A DNA stretch of 64,000 nucleotides, taken from assembly GCF_006345805.1 (NCBI RefSeq), contig NC_043001.1:115382001-115446000 (forward strand). The letters are read 5' to 3'. Of the stretch, positions 59,981 to 64,000 are shown piece by piece. The notes under the pieces are model-generated. The model saw only the letters and a program-made list of their open reading frames with translations, made no database searches and had not been told where the DNA came from. The translations under genes were made by a program, and so were the position numbers. Numbering within the stretch: position 1 is the stretch's first letter; every line of letters starts with the position of its first letter. This DNA is from Octopus sinensis (Eukaryota).

Positions 59981-62900
59981 GATTTTTATTATTACTTTTT
60001 TTTCCTCTTTCAAATTTGCTTCCATTTCTTGCCGAGTATCTTCCCGACTCCTAGGGCAAAGAAACTCATAGTATGCATTGGTAGGCCATTAAACTAAACT
60101 CAATAGTTCGTTCATTTTTTGATTTGTTTTTTTTTTTTAAGTTAAATTAAAATACATGGGTAGTAATAGATCTCACATCGACAATGCTTTTCTCAATACG
60201 TGTGATGTACCAGTTAACACAATCTTTTGCACTTCTTGCAGGGATGGTAAGCCAGGGATCATTCTCATATAATTTTCGGTTCCCTTCTTGATCATTCCTA
60301 GTGCTGCTACGATCACTAGTATTATAACCGCCTTGAGATGCCACATTTTCTCAATTTCAATGAGTTGGTCTTTATATTTTCTGAGCTTGTCAAACTCTTT
60401 CGCTGAGATATTATGATCACAGGGGATGCTCATGTCGATCAATAAGCAAACTTTATTGTTTTGGTCTTTCACAACAATATCTGGTTTATTGGCCTTGATG
60501 GTTCGGTCTGTATGTACTGGAAAGTCCCACAGAATGGTTACATTTTCTCCTTCAGTTACAGCCTCAGGGTGGTGAATATACCACTTGTCGGCAGTTTTGA
60601 TATTGTAATGCCGACTTATTAGCCAGTGTAGATATTGACCAACTCTGTCATGTCTTAATTTATACTCCACTGGTGCTAAGACTTTACATCTAGAGATTAG
60701 GTGGTCCACTGTATCAATCATGTCGTTGCAGAATCGGCATTTTGGGTCTGCTCCATTTTTCATCACATTGGCCTGGTAGTTCCGGGTTAATAGGCTTTGA
60801 TCTCGAGCAGCCAGAATGAAACCTTCGCTCTCTGCTTTTAGCCCTGAGCTCCGTAGCCACAGATGGGTTTGCTTCTGGTCAACATCAGCTTGTTTGCTGC
60901 GGGCCACATATTTGCCGTGCAGAGGTTTCTCCTCCCATCTATCAGCCAATTGCTCGTGCGCTTTTTTCGTTGCCATTATTTTCACCTTCTTTGCAACAAT
61001 AGTTGCCATACTTCCCTCGGGTTGTTCAGTTTAGGTATCCTGCACGAGATCAATAGCAAATTTTTTGCTTTCCTTTATGATAGAATGAAGCTTCTTTCGT
61101 CTCTCGTGATTTTCCACGAGCTTTAGCATCCAGTCATTCGTTATTTCAAGATATTTGGCCAGTCCAATTGTGGTTGTTTTGTAAGCTAGTTCAAATTGGA
61201 TCAGGTAAAGGCGATCTACGTCTGCCTTTGGGTGGTGCATCCTATTACAACTCAGCAGCTTGCGTATTTTCCTATCTATATTCTTTACTTCACTCATATT
61301 CCAGTTCAACACATTGTAGCTATAAGTAACAACTGGAACTGCTAAGGAATTTATAGCTAACACCTTGTTACGTGCATTTAGTTCAGATTTCAGGACTGCA
61401 CGAACTCTCCTATAACATTCCTTCCTGATCTTCTCTTTCATGCTTGCATGCTGAATACCAGAGCCTTCATTTATCCCTAAATATTTGTATGTTTGTTCTT
61501 GCTCAAGCTCTCTTATGACTGTGTCAACATCTAACACGACTGAATTTGTGGTCTTCACTTTCCCTTTCTGGAAAGTGGCCTTGGCACACTTCTCAAGCCC
61601 AAACTCCATCCTGATGTCATCGCTGAATGCTTTCACAGTGCGCAATAGGCCTTCAAGTTCATTATTGTCTTTACCATAGAGTTTTAAGTCATCCATATAA
61701 AATAGATGGCTTATTTTTTTATTGGCAATTTTATACCCATACCCTGTTCTGTTTAATTCATTTGTAAGGGGTATTAGGGCTATGCAGAATATTAAAGGTG
61801 AAAGTGAGTCACCTTGAAAAATTCCACAGTTGATGTTTATATTTTCTGAGGCAAGTACTCCATTAGAGTGGTATAATTGGAGATTCGTATTCCATATTGT
61901 ACCTCAGGAAGTTTGAAATCACAGGGGAAATTTTGAAGATATCCAGCGATCTCAAGATCCATGGATGGATGCGGTATACTATCGAAGGCCTTCTTATAGT
62001 CAATCCATGCGGAGCTGAGATTTCTGCGCTTATTGTGACAGTTCTCAAGGATCATACGATTAATTAGCAGTTGATCTTTGCATCTGTAAGAGCCTCGGCG
62101 GCACCCTTTTTGTTCAATGGGGAAATATCGTTCTTCTCCATGAATACATATGTTTTCTCCGCCAGGATAGATGTTAGGATTTTATACGTGGGGGATAGAC
62201 AGGTTATAGGCCGATAGTTTTTTGGAAGGTTGGTTTCGTTATTCTTTGGGAGTAGGTAAGTAATACCACTTGCTAACCATTCAGGTGTTTTCTTTGGATC
62301 TCTCATAATTCCATTGAGCAGCTGAACTAGCTTACCGTGTGCGCATGGGAGCGATGCGAGCCAGAAATTCGGCACCCTATCTTTACCGGGGGATTTCCAA
62401 TTATGGGCCTTCGTGAGTGCCTTTCTTAGGTCTGCTATTGTGATGTCTTCCCATGCTTGTTGTTGTAAATTTTGGTAGGATCCTTCAGTTTGTATAATCC
62501 AGTCTGCATTTATGTTGTACGTCTTCTTGTCACTCCAAATCCTTTTCCAAAAGTTTTGAACTTCTTCCATGGGAGGGGGGGTCTTTAACGGTTACTTTCT
62601 CCTTCCCTATTTCTCTGTAGAATTTTTTGGCATTGGATGTGAACAGCATATTTTGCTTGTAAAACTTGTTTCTCTTCTCAAATCTTCGTATTCTTTGGCT
62701 TTTGCTCGGATTTTTTGTTTCAGCGTTTCTTTTATTGATATCAGTTCTTCTCTTGGTGAGGATCCAAATTTTCTCTTCATCTTTCTTCCTGTTCTGGATC
62801 TTACATCATTTCCACATATTAGTTAATTTAATATTGATATTTCCCCTCTCATAAATTCAATTTCTTTTTCAATTTTACTTCTCCAGGTTTGATTTCTTCC

Positions 62901-63149
62901 CAGGTTTGGTTTTCTTTGTTTTTTCAGGGGCATACAGCTGGTTTCAATTGCCCTAGCAGAAGCGTAAATAATTTCATTTAACTCAGTAAAATCAGGTTTT
63001 AATTCTTGTATTATTTCACTTGTTACATAGTTGCCAATTTGGATTTGTTTTTTATTTTGGTTTGTATTTGAGAGTTTATGAAGTGGTTCTCTATCATTCA
63101 TACTTGTATGTCTTACAACTTCAAGCGTATTCAGGATTTTCTGCCTCAT

Positions 63150-63305
63150 GCTGGTGCGTTTACGTGCCTGTAACTTGGTGGTTCGGCAAAAGAGACCGAT
63201 AGAATAAGTACTAGGCTTACAAAGAATAAGTCCTGGGATCGATTTGCTCGACTAAAGGCGGTGCTCCAGCATGGCCGCAGTCAAATGACTGAAACAAGTG
63301 AAAGA
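63150..63305 (+). mobile_element. 3' half of the dominant SINE inserted in the Dong/R4 ORF
   Basis: Runs from gctggtgcgtttacgtgcctgtaac to gactgaaacaagtgaaagagta. Confidence 0.88.
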
Positions 63306-63458
63306 GTATATATAGTTGTCACAACTAAGTGACAGCACAAAGATGTTGTCATTTGTGATAGCAAAGGCCAGGGTTAGACCCTAGTTGGGGTTAGAATCCA
63401 GTGGGGCCTTGATTTCAATCAGTATGGATCCACCATTATCTGTGGTTATTATTTCTGC

Positions 63459-63500
63459 TCTAACTTGTATGAGTTGTAGTGCACCTGAGCACTGTACACA

Positions 63501-63567
<67 letters not shown>
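63459..63567 (+). mobile_element. Ultra-short CR1-type 3' end (~42 nt + (ATT)n tail) with 13-bp TSD
   Basis: gttgtagtgcacctgagcactgta matches the 3' end of the CR1 at 25410-25440. The TSD ttattatttctgc is at 63446-63458 and 63568-63580. Confidence 0.85.
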
Positions 63568-63575
<8 letters not shown>

Positions 63576-64000
63576 TCTGCCATAGACTCTCTGTGTTCTT
63601 CAGCAAATGCGAGATCTTCAGTTACTGTTGTTTTATCATTTTCCTGGCTATCTTTAACAGGTACAATATAATTTCTTGTATCTTCAGGCCTTTGCGTACT
63701 TTGGTCAAATGGCAGTCTTTCAATTAAGCCTCGTGGCGGGCTATACTGTTCATCTGATTCTTCATTTCCTTTGTGTCTTATATTTATGTCATTTTCCATT
63801 GCGTGCTTGATCGCGTTTATTTCACTGTCTGTGAGTCTGTTATTTCTAAGGATATCCCTCCTCACATTTGCCAATTTGTTCTCGTCTAAATAGGGCCTAC
63901 TGTCTTGATTCCGTGTTCTCCATATACTGTAAGAGTTTGCGGTGTGTCTCTCTTGAGATGGCCTACCTAATGCATAGTAATAAGCGTATATTACTTCTTT

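Larger units (their letters stand above)
59985..64000 (-). mobile_element. Large Dong/R4-clade LINE (RT, CCHC zinc knuckle, RLE endonuclease), frameshifted, 3' end in (TAA)n, running off the window
   Basis: WKSPGKD..NYRPITCL..AWIDYKKAFDS..YMDDLKLY..CRFC..DHLISRC..HDRVG..KPDIVVKD..LIDMSIP. The 3' UTR ends in the ATT run at 59927-59980. Confidence 0.93.

Noticed and set aside
60173-63874. Possibility that the Dong/R4 element is intact and its frameshifts are read errors
   Set aside because: Some 1-nt deletions could be errors, but the ORF also has a SINE, a CR1 insert and an internal deletion near 61900, so this copy is dead.

Overview
Eukaryotic, AT-rich, gene-free window made almost entirely of microsatellites and transposable-element debris. 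The tRNA-derived SINE families with internal TA/CA runs, plus Dong/R4, RTE, CR1, Penelope-like (PLE), mariner/Tc1, hAT and Helitron relics, look like a cephalopod genome, most probably Octopus (inferred from the repeat complement, not verified). I found no host exon. Most ORFs in the track are microsatellite or minisatellite read-through artefacts, and the rest are broken TE reading frames. There is a 100-N scaffold gap at 31641-31740. The main result is at 1750-3801: a head-to-tail array of about 4.3 copies of a 469-479 bp non-coding unit. Each junction carries a type I hammerhead ribozyme (7-bp stem I, CUGAUGA core, GAAA, near-palindromic stem III, AUA site), and the array begins exactly at the predicted cleavage site. 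This is the architecture of a retrozyme, a self-cleaving, circRNA-forming non-autonomous retroelement. At least seven further hammerhead-like motifs from other families occur in TA-flanked PLE-like fragments. One has a canonical GUC site (16449-16529), and two families have a compensatory U3-A8 core. Two PLE RT/GIY-YIG relics in the window are plausible relatives of the mobilising machinery. All RNA folds were paired by eye; no folding program or database search was run.
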